Positions 39,015 through 53,457 of a stretch of DNA of 64,000 bases are shown here, piece by piece (within the stretch, counting starts at the first letter, position 1; each line of letters opens with the position of its first letter). Made by a program: the position numbers and the translations under genes. The DNA comes from Salpingoeca rosetta. Taxonomy: Eukaryota; Protista; Choanoflagellata. The DNA is taken from assembly GCA_033442325.1 (NCBI GenBank), contig JAWQFM010000007.1, positions 339,609 to 403,608 of the forward strand. Reading direction: 5' to 3'. Under the pieces are notes generated by a model, which searched no databases, was not told the DNA's origin, and worked only from the letters and a program-made list of their open reading frames with translations.

Positions 39015-39435
39015 CGTGTTTGGTGCCGATCCACTGGCGCTGACACATGTGCGCGATGTGTTCACCTGCCGGCTTTTGGATTGCGACGTCCCCGACTTTC
39101 GCTGTTTGGCCGGAGTTCAGCGCCTGGTCCTGAACGATTGCATATTTGATGATGTGGCGTCGCTGCCAGCTGTGCAATCGCTCGTGGTGCGCGCGTGCAC
39201 AACGCGCGACAAGACGTGGCATTGGCCGGATTTGGCGCTTGTTGGGCGTGCGGTGGCGGAAATGAGGCAGGTGCTGCTTGCAGGCAAGGACAGGGTTGTT
39301 GATGACGACTTGGACTTTGACTCTGATGACTTTGACCTCGAGGCTGATGATGCCTTTGACCTCGATGCTGACGATGACTTTGATGATGAAAATGAGGACG
39401 ATGATGAGAATGAGGAAGCAAGAGGCGAAGCCTAA
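36865..39435 (+). CDS. Intronless 856-aa protein with F-box-like N-terminus, polyQ(41), degenerate leucine-rich repeats, polyD(26) and acidic tail
   Basis: Long clean ORF. LTVSEWAIIAEYL...FFNLMLTCRELY resembles a split F-box. The repeats IDITPLAGVRSLSL, LHGLRHLSGRTALGLTNC and DFRCLAGVQRLVLNDC-IFDDVASLPAVQSLVVRAC resemble LRRs. First ATG in good context (gccATG) is at 36865. Confidence 0.7.
37636..37758 (+). repeat. (CAA/CAG)41 coding polyglutamine tract
   Basis: In frame within the 36865-39435 ORF. Confidence 0.95.
38938..39015 (+). repeat. (GAT/GAC)26 coding polyaspartate tract
   Basis: In frame within the 36865-39435 ORF. Confidence 0.95.
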
Positions 39436-39472
39436 GCGTTGGGTGATTGCGGTCGCGAGTCAGTGAACAGTT

Positions 39473-39510
<38 letters not shown>

Positions 39511-40221
39511 NNNNNNNNNNNNNNNNNNNNNNNNNNNNNNNNNNNNNNNNNNNNNNNNNNNNNNNNNNNNNNNNNNNNNNNNNNNNNNNNNNNNNNNNNN
39601 NNNNNNNNNNNNNNNNNNNNNNNNNNNNNNNNNNNNNNNNNNNNNNNNNNNNNNNNNNNNNNNNNNNNNNNNNNNNNNNNNNNNNNNNNNNNNNNNNNNN
39701 NNNNNNNNNNNNNNNNNNNNNNNNNNNNNNNNNNNNNNNNNNNNNNNNNNNNNNNNNNNNNNNNNNNNNNNNNNNNNNNNNNNNNNNNNNNNNNNNNNNN
39801 NNNNNNNNNNNNNNNNNNNNNNNNNNNNNNNNNNNNNNNNNNNNNNNNNNNNNNNNNNNNNNNNNNNNNNNNNNNNNNNNNNNNNNNNNNNNNNNNNNNN
39901 NNNNNNNNNNNNNNNNNNNNNNNNNNNNNNNNNNNNNNNNNNNNNNNNNNNNNNNNNNNNNNNNNNNNNNNNNNNNNNNNNNNNNNNNNNNNNNNNNNNN
40001 NNNNNNNNNNNNNNNNNNNNNNNNNNNNNNNNNNNNNNNNNNNNNNNNNNNNNNNNNNNNNNNNNNNNNNNNNNNNNNNNNNNNNNNNNNNNNNNNNNNN
40101 NNNNNNNNNNNNNNNNNNNNNNNNNNNNNNNNNNNNNNNNNNNNNNNNNNNNNNNNNNNNNNNNNNNNNNNNNNNNNNNNNNNNNNNNNNNNNNNNNNNN
40201 NNNNNNNNNNNNNNNNNNNNN
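39511..40221. other. Assembly gap; others at 1644-1743, 8911-9010, 10331-10430, 30858-30957 and 48408-49001
   Basis: N runs, each flanked by a dinucleotide microsatellite on at least one side. Confidence 1.
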
Positions 40222-40560
40222 TTGGTGTGTATTTGAAATGGGCCTTTGCTGGCTGGTCTGTTTGCTGAGCTTGAAATAAATGGTTCATAAAGTGTGCACC
40301 TCATGTCACACGCAACGGAGCTGAACAATAATTCCCCACAAGGGGGATTGCTGGTTAGACAAGTCAAAACCATTCATCACACGAGTACAAGCAAGCCTGC
40401 GTCTCCTGTCACCTTTCGTCACCCGACAAAGCCAACTAAGCGCACTCAGCTGTCTCACGAACAGCGCGTCACACCACCACACCACGACAAGCAATCACTC
40501 TCACATACCGCCGTAGTTGCACTAGCATGATCATCCACACGCACACACACACACACGCAC

Positions 40561-40600
<40 letters not shown>

Positions 40601-40601
<1 letters not shown>

Positions 40602-41523
40602 GAGCAAAGAGCCGATCCAGCGCCGGCCCGTCCCCGCTTTGCGTGCGTCGCTGTTGAACTTTGTGCGCGCAAGCGAAAACATGTCTGACACGTTCGCCAG
40701 CACACGGGGTAGGCTCCACTGGATGGGTGTTGCACATTGGCGATGTAGCGTGGTGAGGACTTGGGTTGTTGAGTTGAAGGTCCGAGGAAACGGGAATGGA
40801 AGTTGCGAGGAGAGGGCACAAAACAACCACACACACACACACATACACACACGAACACACACATACACACACGAGCACACACACACACACACATACACAC
40901 ACACACATACACACACACACCTGCGCCTGCATGCGCGTTGAGTCTGCGTATTCGTTTCCGTAGATGAATGAGGAAAGAGCGGTGGAGTGGCCGTGAAGAT
41001 CAACAAACGCCAGCACGCGCGTCGCCGCTTTCATGTGCTGTCAACGCCAGTCATGAACAGCAAAGGGGTAGGATGATGATGAGTATGATGATGACCATGC
41101 CATGTGCGACGGGGTTAGAGTGCAACTGGCTTCTGTTGTACGCATGATGTGTGTCTGTGTGTCTGTGTGTTTGTGTATGGTGTATGCCAGAAGCTTGTAT
41201 TTGAAGCGACACCAAGTACAAGAATGACATGACAACAAGCACAGCAGCTATCACGACGACGAGGATTACGACGACGACGACAACTTAAACAACAACAACA
41301 ACAACTTAAACAACAACAACAACTTAAACAACAACAACAGCAACCTCTTTTCGTGTGCACCTGTGTGAGGAGAGTGCGGATGGCGGAGATGGTTGGGTGC
41401 TTGCTCGGTACCGCTTTGTCCCAGCACCTGTACGTATGTATGGGTGTGTGTGTATGTGTGGATGTGTGTGAGAGAACGAGAGAGTGTGGATGTGTGTGTG
41501 GATCTGTGAGTGCGTGTGTTGGT

Positions 41524-41563
<40 letters not shown>

Positions 41564-41993
41564 ACGTGCGTGTGCACTCTGTGTACGTGTGAGTACCATG
41601 TATGTATATGTGTGGTGCAATGTGGGCATTGCAGCCGCACCTGTTTAAATCAAATCCGAGGGTGTTTCCTCGATATGTGCCGTGAAACACACCTGCAGCG
41701 AAGGGTCATGATGTTGCATCAAAACTCATGAGGCAAGACGGCTGAACACACTTGCAGAGACACAGAGAAAAAATAAAAGAACGCTCGCACACACACACAC
41801 ACACACATATACACACAACATCACGCAGAACAAAACCAATAACACAAACCAACACAACGCAACGCAACGCAACAACACACCACACTGCACGGCACCCCTA
41901 CCGTCAGGATTGAGCATTGGGATGACGTGAACGACGACGCGACTCCGCAGCGCAATCGCATCCACATGCTGACTCAGCAAATATTGCACCACG

Positions 41994-42047
<54 letters not shown>

Positions 42048-42309
42048 GATGGGTGTAGTTCACAAGATGCACTCACGCAACATGTGCGCCAATCAATCAG
42101 TCAAGACACAAAAACATACACACACAAACACACAAACACATGCTACCACCACCACCACACGCGTGCGTACCTTGGCAGACGAACGAGGCTGGTGTCTCGC
42201 CCGGGTGGACGCGTGCGGTGATGAAGATGGTCGGAAACCGCTCTCCTTTCTTCATTCTGCACAATCATGGCGAATGACAGATGTGATGGTGCAAATGTGT
42301 TGAGAGCGC

Positions 42310-42362
<53 letters not shown>

Positions 42363-43222
42363 CTATGTCAACTGCTGGCTTACTTGATGAAGTTCTTGGG
42401 TGCGGTGATGGTGAGCATGTCCAAGTTTCGGCCCTGTTGTACAGCGGAATGGCGCAACGGCGGCAGCAACAACGCGTCAGCAGAGGAAATGCAAAAAAAA
42501 AAAGTTTTTTTTTTTGGGGGGGGGGGGATCAAATACAAACACACACACACTTGCACATGTACACATGCACACAACCCGCGCACGCTCACGCACATGCACA
42601 CAATACACACAATACCCACACAATACGCACACAACACATGAAACACAAGCAATACACGTGTGCTCGCGAACAAACAAGCGCCAACCTGGACGGATGATCC
42701 GATGGAGCGGAGCTGAAGGAAAGAGCGATGACGCAATTTCCATTGCGCAATCTTGCGCTGCGAGTGCGTGTATGTGTATGGGAAGCTGTATGCAAACTCA
42801 TACACATCCTATCGAACAAGATCAACGTTGCAATACGTGGAAACAAGGCGTCAGCATGGGTGTTCATGGCAGTTGGGGGCGAGATGGACGCCAGGGGGAG
42901 CGAGAATGTGGCTCCCACAAACACACACACACACACGCACACACCAATGTTCACGCATTTCACGCACCACCACAGCACCACCGCCACAACCCAACAACAC
43001 CACCACCACCACGGCTCGTTGAGCCGCCGCTGCTGCTGCTGCAGCACACCTGCGGATCGTCAAAGTGGAAAGCAAACGAGACGACCGCCCCGCCCTTCTT
43101 CGCCGCCGCGTCCGGTTTGTACTGGAACACATCCGCAGGGTCCATGCGGCGCCACGCCGGCCCTGATACGGGGATGGTGGTGATGATGATGGTGCATTGT
43201 GTGTGTGTGTGTGTGTGTTGGG

Positions 43223-43257
<35 letters not shown>

Positions 43258-44939
43258 GAGAACAGACACACACGCACACGCACACACACACACACACGCA
43301 ATCCTGAAGGCAGATAGACAGTGCTTGGGAAAGAAACATTTTCGTCGAAGGCGTATACCACCACCACCACCACCAACACCAACATCATCACCACCACCAC
43401 CGCCGCCGCTTACGTTTCTTTGAGCGGACAACAGGAGCCATGCCCTCGCCAAAGAGACTGCGGGACTTTGAGAAGTTGATGATGCTGAACATCACGTGCT
43501 GCGCCGGCGCCGCATTCCACACGCGGAAGTAGAACCTGACGCAATGCACACACAGGAGGGTGGTGGTGACGGTGGGAATGAGGCGATATTGCGGTTGCCG
43601 AGGGCACGTGCATGCATGAGCTCGTGACTGGAGCATGCAGAGAGGGAAACTCACACTTCAAGCAATACAACGAAAGGGAACACACACGCGAGCGAGCGCA
43701 CATTCACAACACAACATAACACAACACAACACAACACACACACACAACACACAACACACACACACAAAAAAAAAGATCACCGACCACAGGCGGTGACGCG
43801 GGCTGGCGAGGTCTGGGCGGATGTGGAGATTGTACTCTGCAGGGGAGAGGCAGTCAACGCGACCAAGGTTGCCTGAAGGGAACAGCAGGGCAGAGATGAG
43901 CGCACATATGCACACGGTGACCACAACAAGAGGCAGGCGCGCCGCCAGGGACGGGGAGAAAGACAGACAGACACACACAGACACACACACACACACAGAC
44001 ACACACACACACACAGATGAACATACACTGCACGCACGCACAGCTGCACGCACAGCTGCACGCACACATGCACGCCAGGCAGGGCGCGCACCGCTTTCAA
44101 ATGCGGCGTCGAATATGAGATTCCCGGGTGGCGGTGACGACGATGACGATGATGTTGACGATGATGATAACCCAGCGCTGGCAGGATGGGGACAGAATCT
44201 GCGGCAGTTGGCGTGGTGGTGGCAGGCGAAAAGCACGTGAACTGATGCAATCGCCAACGGCACGCACGCAGACGCGCACGCACACACACATGCACACCAC
44301 GCACGCACACTCACACGCGCACACACACTCACTCACATATGCACACACCACATGCACACACAAGCACGCACACACGCGAAGTACGACACCTGTGAACGTT
44401 GCCTGTAAAGAGGGCGGGGTCAGTTGCTGGTGCAAACTCAATCGTCGTGTCATCTGTCGTGGAACGCCTCTTAACACCGCCACCAACTCGCTGTCGCTGC
44501 TGTTGTTGCTGTGGTTGTTGTTGTTGCTGTTGTTGTTGGTGTTGGTACTTCTGGTTGCCAACATCATCACTGCTGCCGCCAACACCATCATCAACACGAC
44601 TGTCAACGCCACCAGAAACACCCTCAGCGCCTGCGTTCTTGAGGAGGGTTGATCGCAGGGAGAGGCTTGATCCTTTGCCCTGCACGCTCGTCACCCTGTA
44701 TTCCGCATCCAGCGCCGCAGCAACCAGCCTGCTCGTGGTTGTCGTACCTGTTGCCCCTGCACTTATGCCACCAACACCCCGTGCGGCCCTGGCACTCACG
44801 CTGCGTCCTGCTCCGCCATACCGCACGCCACGACCCGCTGGCCCCATCACCACTTCACCACCACCATCGCCATCACCATCATCATCACCGCCACCGTCAA
44901 CACCACCACCATCACCAACACCACCAACACTACCACCAC

Positions 44940-44976
<37 letters not shown>

Positions 44977-46140
44977 GCCGTCATCACCATGCTGTTGTCG
45001 AAGCGATGTCCCTCGTACAGCGTCCACGTGCCCTGCGCTCAGGCTTTGTCGCCGCAGCTGGCTCCTCGCCCTGCTCTGCCGTAGCACCTGCGTCGCCACA
45101 TTGGCGTGCGAGTGCATGTGCTGCCGCTGCGCTTGCGTGGTCATGTGCCCTGCAGCGAGCTTGTTGAGTGGCGGCGGCAGCGTGCGGCGGGCTCGTAGCA
45201 GCGGCTGGTGGAGATGGTGGTGGTGATGGTGGCTGCGCGGATGGTGGCGCGTGCCAGGATGCTGCTTGTATGGGCGGCGGAGATGGTGGTCGTGTGTTGC
45301 AGTTGCAGCGTCAGCCTGCGCGTGAGGTGCATTGGCGACCTGCCTCGAGCTGTGCTGCTGTTGCCGTTGTTGCTGTTGTTGTTGTGGACCGGACCCCCTG
45401 CCAGCACTGCCGCGGCGTGTGGCATCTGCGTCGCGCGTGATGGTGTTGAGGTCCGCGCTGAGCCGCGTGGCAGCAGCAGCAGCCGCTGGCCGCTGGTGTG
45501 GGCTGGAGGCGCGGCGGACCATGCTGGGGCTGTGGACCTGTGGCCCCGGGTGGTGGCGCGAGTGGTGGCGGTGGAAGTGCTGCACCTGCGGATGATTGAG
45601 CAGATGGGAGAGCCGGCGGCGTGACGCCGGCGAGAGCACGCCAAGCGGGCTGGTTGACGTTGGTGAGTGGCTGTGGGCCTCGGGCGAGGAGAGCGACGGC
45701 GCAGAGCCGTGCCGGGTGGCGCCCGTGCTGCGCATGGTGCTGTCGATGGCAGTGGTGGTGGTGTTTGGGATGCCTGCGTGGGGTGGCACGTGTGTGGATG
45801 CTCTGCGTGACAGCAGCTGCTCCATGATCTTCTTCAGCTCCTGCGCAGATCGAGAGCCGGAGCCCTTGCGCCTGGGCGCATCGCTCGCATCACTTGCATC
45901 ACTTGCATCACTGTCAAGCGTGCTGCTGCCTTGCTCCTTCTTGGCGTGCTGTGGCTGGGAGGTTCGACGGACAACACGCGCCGCACTGCTGCCGTTGCCG
46001 TTGCCATTATGGCTGGAGCCGTTGGTGGAGCGTTTCCTTAGGTCAGAGGAGCCACTCGAATCCCTCTGCTGTCGCTGCTGTCGCTGCTGTCGCTGTTGCT
46101 GTCGCTGCTGTCGCTGTTGCTGTCGCTGAGGTGGGGCCAT
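40601..46140 (-). CDS. AGBL4: Cytosolic carboxypeptidase (M14D tubulin deglutamylase, AGBL4/CCP6-like); 3' end not visible
   Basis: Spliced motifs [50 protein letters not shown] (Zn ligands H,E), [33 protein letters not shown] and [13 protein letters not shown] are AGBL4-like. The first exon (44390-46140) is low-complexity and joins in phase 2. Confidence 0.88.
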
Positions 46141-46397
46141 CCTCTGTGTGTACCTGAGTGCTTATCCGTGTGCGTGTGCTCGTGTGCGTGTGCGTGTGCG
46201 TCTGCTCGTGTGCGTGTGGGTCTGTGGTTGCCAGCTAAACCGCCAGCACCAAAACGACACGACACGTTGGGAAAACAACGCGCACAAACAACAACGACGA
46301 CGACGACGACGACAAAGCAAGCGCCACCACCTCAGCTCAGCTCACCACCTCCGCGTCCGGCTGCGATTGTGTCGCGATCCCCGCGTCGTCTCTCAGG
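46141..46397. promoter_or_regulatory. Divergent promoter of AGBL4 and UBE2G2 with two candidate RFX X-boxes
   Basis: Head-to-head ATGs. The 14-mers GTTGCCAGCTAAAC (46227-46240) and GTTGGGAAAACAAC (46266-46279) resemble GTTGCCATGGCAAC. Confidence 0.5.
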
Positions 46398-48364
<1,967 letters not shown>

Positions 48365-49001
48365 TGCACGTGTGTGTGTGGAGAGAGTGAGTGAGAGAGA
48401 GAGTGAGNNNNNNNNNNNNNNNNNNNNNNNNNNNNNNNNNNNNNNNNNNNNNNNNNNNNNNNNNNNNNNNNNNNNNNNNNNNNNNNNNNNNNNNNNNNNN
48501 NNNNNNNNNNNNNNNNNNNNNNNNNNNNNNNNNNNNNNNNNNNNNNNNNNNNNNNNNNNNNNNNNNNNNNNNNNNNNNNNNNNNNNNNNNNNNNNNNNNN
48601 NNNNNNNNNNNNNNNNNNNNNNNNNNNNNNNNNNNNNNNNNNNNNNNNNNNNNNNNNNNNNNNNNNNNNNNNNNNNNNNNNNNNNNNNNNNNNNNNNNNN
48701 NNNNNNNNNNNNNNNNNNNNNNNNNNNNNNNNNNNNNNNNNNNNNNNNNNNNNNNNNNNNNNNNNNNNNNNNNNNNNNNNNNNNNNNNNNNNNNNNNNNN
48801 NNNNNNNNNNNNNNNNNNNNNNNNNNNNNNNNNNNNNNNNNNNNNNNNNNNNNNNNNNNNNNNNNNNNNNNNNNNNNNNNNNNNNNNNNNNNNNNNNNNN
48901 NNNNNNNNNNNNNNNNNNNNNNNNNNNNNNNNNNNNNNNNNNNNNNNNNNNNNNNNNNNNNNNNNNNNNNNNNNNNNNNNNNNNNNNNNNNNNNNNNNNN
49001 N

Positions 49002-49054
<53 letters not shown>

Positions 49055-49588
49055 GCACACACACACACACACAAAGCACACACACACACAAAGCACACAC
49101 ACACAATCACAACACCACTGACTTCAGTCTCACTTCTTCGGTGCACCGAATAACTGCTCCTTGAAAGTTCGTTGCCGTGTCGTTGTGCGTGTTTTGCCGT
49201 TGCTGTGTGTGGCATTTCAGGCAGCCATGGAACGTGGCTGGTCGCTCACGCACGACGCCAGCAAACCCGGCCATCACACAGGCAACCGCCACCCACCACA
49301 ACAGCAAGTTCATCTCACATCGCATAGCAGCAGCAGTAGCACAGCATCGCAGCAGCACAGCATCGCAGCAGCGCAGCAAAAAGAAGTGAAGCAACCAATT
49401 CACCCATCCTATCCAGACAACATCTGCACACCACCACATCATTTAACTCTCCCACGCTTCCCTTCCTCGCCTTCTCTCTCCTGTTCCACCAACCACAACC
49501 GCAACCACCTACCACAACCACCCACAACCACCCACCAACCACCGACCACCACCATCACAACCAAGCACAACGCCAACGACTGTAAACA

Positions 49589-52500
49589 ATGGGCAGCCCG
49601 TCCCCGTCACTGCTGCTGGCACTGCTGAGTGTGGCCGCGGTGGCCTGCCTGATGCTCCTCAACATGCACACGCACCATCACCATCACCAACAACAGCTCA
49701 TGCAGCGCGACCTCCTCACCAATGACCCCACCAGCCTGCAACAGCAGCGCCGCCCACCGCCAGCCCTGCTTCCCAAAATGCCTGCAGGCAACCCTGTCGT
49801 CGCAGGTGCGGCCGATACCGGTGCCGGTGCCGTTGCTGCTGACATTAGCGTCAACCGTCTCGCTCACGCTCAAAACATCAACAACCACATCAACAACGAC
49901 AACATCAACAACGACAACAACGACAATAACAGGGGTGATACCCGCGCCCCGGCTCGCGTACCCCCAGAGGAACAGCAGCAAGCTGTGGCAGATGTTGTGG
50001 ATGCTGCCCTGGACAAGCACCTGCGCGAACAGCGTCGCATGCTGCAAGAGCAGCTTGCCCAGTTCATGGAGACCCTGAAGGCGCTGGACAGCGACAGTCG
50101 GTCGTCTGTGCTCAAGGAGATACTGGCCAGCGTGAACAAACAAGACGAGCGCATGGCACAGCTGGAGGAGAAGCTGAGCCGGCTCGAGACAGCCGTGGTG
50201 GAGCCCATGCAGACCAGCCAGGAGAAGCTCGACGCTGCGCTGAAGCAGCTGCAGGAGATCAAGGAGCAGGCTGGCTCCCTGACAGAGGCCTTCAACCGGC
50301 ACTACGGCTACAAGGAGGAGCCGCTGGACCTGGCGGCGCAGCAGAACGAGCAGGGGCCAACCCCGCCCCCGGAGCCCAGGGTGCCCATGGAGGATTTCGT
50401 CATGCTGGTGCACCTGCACCTTGTCGGCAACATCACGCACGAGGAGTTTGAGGATGCGCTGGGCATCAACACCACCGCAACGCAGGAGATTCTGTCCTGG
50501 CCCAGCCTTGACGAGCCGCGCGAAGACGGGCAGAACCCAGCCAAGGCGCGCTACTTCCAGATGCTGGACGCCAAGTACCCATCACGCATCCAGGCATCCA
50601 CGCTTGCGCACGAGTGGTGCATTGAGCGCAACGGGTCCGGCACCAACTTCATCCTCAACCACTGCATGCTCGGCGGCAGCTACCAGCACTGGCTGCTGGA
50701 CTCGCTGGGGCGCCTGCACACGGCGTTCGACCAGGGCGACTGCCTCGACGGCACGGGCCTGGCGGTCGGAGACGACCTCGTCGCCAACAGGTGCACGAGG
50801 AAGGCAAAGGGCCAGCGCTGGAACTACGTGCGCCCTGGCGCGCAGTCCCAGGCCGGGTTCCTCATCAACCGCGAGACAAAGCTGTGCATTGACGCCAACG
50901 ACGTGCTGCAGGCGTGGAACGCCACGCACCGCCCGCGTGTTGTCGTGCGGCAGTGCGACGCCAGCTGCACACAGCTGTGGACCATCTCCGACAACGTCAC
51001 AACCATCTTCGACCTCATGCCCAGTGCGGACGAGGCACGCGCCATGATCAGGCACAAGGAGGAGCAGCTTGCGGAATCGAAGCGCACGGGTGCCAGCCTT
51101 GGCCTCATCTACGAGCGAGAGGCAGATGAACAGCTGTCGCGCGCCAAGAGCAAGATGGAGGCAGCGGGCAAGGATGCCTCGACCGAAAACGCCGAGAAGC
51201 GGGATCGTATCGCGTGCTGGGTGATGACCAACCCAAAGAACCACCACACCAAGGCCCTTGCGGTGAGTCCAACCGAGAGCTTTGTGTGTGTGTCTGTGTG
51301 TGTGTGTGCCTGTGTGTCTGTGTGTGTGTGTGTCTGTCTGTGTGTGTGTGTGTGTCTGTCTGTGTGTGTGTGTGTCTGTGTGTGTGTGTGTGTGTCTGTC
51401 TGTCTGTGTGTTGTGTACTGTGCTTGTTGTGCGGGGGGGGGGTTGCATTTCTCTGCCTGGACGGGACAATGCGCTTTAACCCCTGCTTGCAGGCAATGTG
51501 TTTGAACTTCCCGTTTGGTCTCACCACTGTTTTGGTTGTTTGCTGTGTTTTGTTTCCTCTTGTGACCTGACCATTACCGCTTCCTCCCTTTTTCCTCCCT
51601 CCTCCCTCCTTCACCTTTCTCCTTCCAACGCTCTGCTTTCTCCAATTTCCTCTCGTCAGATCAACTCGACGTGGGGCCGGGATTGTGATTTGCTGCTGTT
51701 CATGACAACCAAGCACCAGGCTGGGCTGAACACGATTGTGCTGTCGCTTGGCGAGGAGGAGGACCGCCACTTTCTCTGGCGCAAGAGCATCATGTCGTGG
51801 GGATTCATGTATGCGCACCTCATTGACAAGTACGACTGGTTCATTCGTGCTGACGACGACACGTTCTTCAACATGGACAACCTCCGCTCCTTCCTCAAGG
51901 GTGAGCGTGTGCGTCAAATGTGTGCGCCAAGTGTGTGCGTGCGTGCATGTATGGATGTGTGTGTTCCTATCAGTGTCTATCTGTGTCTATCTGTGTGTGT
52001 GTCTGTCTGTCTGTCTGTATCTGTGTGTGTGAAGGAAAGTTGTATGCTTGGAGATATCCCTATCCGCGTCTGCTCCGTGCTTGTGTGTGTCCTTGTGTCT
52101 GCCATTTCCACCATGCAAGTGTCAGCATTGGAGGCTTGGTGTAGTTTGGACTGCAACAACCCACAGGTCTTCCAGTTACGTTCCCCCCCCCCACACACAC
52201 ACACTCACCCAAGTCACTCTCTGGCATTACACACCACCGTGTCTTCTCTTCCTCTTCCCCTTCACCATCATGTATCAGGGTATTCGCCAAAGGACCCCCA
52301 CTTCTTTGGGCGCCGGCTGAAGATCAACGACGACGAGTTCTATTCCGGTGGAGCAGGCACCATCCTCTCCCACAATGCCCTGAGCCAGTTTGGCGAGGCC
52401 ATGGAAGACGACATCTTGGGGGTGGTCCGTGCTGGCGACACATTTGCAGACGACATGTAAGTTGCACAAAGTGCACGAGAAAACTGAGGGGAGACGGCCG

Positions 52501-53198
52501 ACGAAGACGAGAGAAGTTGCATGCAGCAGAGCAGCATGCATGCAGTGGCGCTGTGGTGGGGGGGGGGGGAGAAGAGTGGTTGCGCTTGTGGTGCAGCAAC
52601 AGGAGGGCAAGCAACAGTGCTTCATGTCTGGTTCCGCCAATGCATGCGTGTGCCGATGCTTCTCTGCCTCTCCTTTCTTAGTTTTCTTGTTCTCTCTATT
52701 CCTGCTAGGCTATTCCTGTCCTCCGTCTTTGCTAGTTTGCTTGTCTTCTTCTAGTTCTAGGCTTCTCTCGCATCCCCTTTGCTCCAACACACAACATATA
52801 CATGCACACACACGCAGCGCTTACATTTTCGACCCTTACTCACCCCCTATCTCCCTCCCCCCCCCCCTCTCGACTCACGCAGGGAGATTGCCGTGTCGAT
52901 GCGGCGGCTGGGCATTCCCACGGAAGATACGCGGGACGAGCAAGGGCGCGAGCGCTTCTTCGTGCTGACGTTGACGGACGAGCGTAACACGTACCGCGCC
53001 AACGACCCCGGGTTCTGGTACTTTGAGTTTTCGTACTACTCACCGAAGGAAGGGGAGGACAGCAGCAGCCCGTGGTGGATTGCGTCGCACTACACGGCGC
53101 CGCCCACCATGATGCTCATGGAGGCCATGCACGAGCTCAAGTGCGAGGCGGCAGGGCAGCACCCGTGGCGGGCGAAAGTGCAGGCTCCGACGCCATAA
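49589..53198 (+). CDS. Type II membrane GT31 glycosyltransferase (core 1 beta-1,3-galactosyltransferase-like) with coiled-coil stem and ricin-B lectin domain; 4 exons
   Basis: N-terminal signal anchor [17 protein letters not shown]. Ricin-type C-x-D/E...C...QxW repeats lie at about 50610-50990. The catalytic part reads [73 protein letters not shown] and [11 protein letters not shown], like C1GALT1. Exons 49589-51262, 51660-51901, 52279-52456, 52882-53198 (approximate). Confidence 0.88.
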
Positions 53199-53457
53199 AT
53201 TGTTCATTCGTGCATGTGGGTGGTGGATACTATTTGCTTCATAAACGATTTCTGTGCGAAACGTACATTGCAATGCGCACTTTGTCAACCCACGAGGACC
53301 AAACACTGCCAACCCACAGGGCCTGCCCTTTTTCCCCCTGCCCTTAACATAACACAAAGCACGAGGTCCATATCGTGTGTGTGTTTGTTCTGAGCGACCA
53401 GCGATTGTGCAGCAGCCAGCAAGAAGCCCCACCAGACCATCAACACCACCAGCAACC

